DNA of 64,000 nucleotides from Pocillopora damicornis (Eukaryota): NCBI RefSeq assembly GCF_003704095.1, contig NW_020844790.1, positions 248,001 to 312,000 of the forward strand, read 5' to 3'. Shown piece by piece: positions 63,540 to 64,000 of this stretch (position 1 is its first letter; each line of letters starts with the position of its first letter). The notes under the pieces were generated by a model. It saw only the letters and a program-made list of their open reading frames with translations, ran no database searches and was not told where the DNA came from. The position numbers and the translations under genes were made by a program.

Positions 63540-64000
63540 TAAGTCTGTAGTACATGTTTCGACGGAAACTTCTTTCATCTTCAGTTAATTAATGTACAAA
63601 GCGTTGGAAGTTGAATTTCTATGGTAAGTAGAACAATGCTAATTATGATAAATGGTGATAACAAGAAAAGAGGTGAAGCATGAAAGTGAGAGAATTAAAA
63701 GGATAGTTTTAGATTTACATGGTGTAATTGTTGATTCAAGGATGGTTGTTCTTTTTGAATATATGAATAGCCTCTTTAATCTTGAGTTGGAAACCGGTAG
63801 AGGCGTGATCCAAAACATGGAAGCTATCTGCTGAACACAAAGCGCGACAATGAGCAGAATCTTGCAGATGCTTGAAAATCTGAGAGGCCCTGTCACTGAA
63901 AAAGTGCTCTCTAACACGTGTGGAAAAATGACGGCACGTTTCGCCGACGTAACAAGCATTACAACCAGCACATACAAACTTATAAACCACACGTGAACGG
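63540..64000 (-). mobile_element. Penelope-like retroelement 3' end (GIY-YIG endonuclease plus terminal region)
   Basis: VYKFVCAGCNACYVGETCRHFSTRVREH...LKIKEAIHI/fs/QKEQPSLNQQL, followed by a hammerhead-like motif. Confidence 0.88.
63548..63588 (-). ncRNA. Hammerhead ribozyme-like motif of the Penelope-like element
   Basis: Minus strand CUGAAGA-UGAAAGAAGUUUCCGUC-GAAA-CAUG-UA has the core, a palindromic ACAUGU stem III and a GUA triplet. Stems I and II are weak. Confidence 0.45.

Overview
AT-rich eukaryotic genomic DNA with GT-AG introns. The repeat content and intron style suggest a stony coral or other cnidarian (inference, not proven). From left to right: (1) ~3.2-7.3 kb, a ~4 kb tandem array of a ~47-bp unit, with a ~230-bp element inserted into one unit; (2) the start of an unidentified minus-strand gene at 10585; (3) 13.3-24.7 kb, a hand-assembled 17-exon minus-strand gene encoding a ~770-aa spectrin-repeat protein that ends in a CC-hydrophobic-basic tail; (4) 26-45.5 kb, six tandem minus-strand paralogs, plus a seventh on the plus strand at 59.8-61.2 kb, of a small secreted peptide family that the ORF track mostly misses. 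Each has three coding exons (intron phases 1 and 0), a beta-defensin-like 6-Cys core and a conserved seventh Cys on a tiny last exon; (5) 49.3-57.1 kb, two convergent, coding-intronless paralogous genes for secreted 975-aa and 912-aa proteins, plus a third decayed copy at 61.3-62.2 kb. Each intact large gene sits head-to-head with one peptide gene; (6) Penelope-like GIY-YIG fragments, hammerhead-ribozyme-like motifs, piggyBac-type MITEs and SINEs. The best candidate for an undescribed system is the interleaved locus of 7-Cys peptides and large secreted helical proteins, possibly a venom or immune effector cluster. Gene structures come directly from the sequence; functions are inferred.
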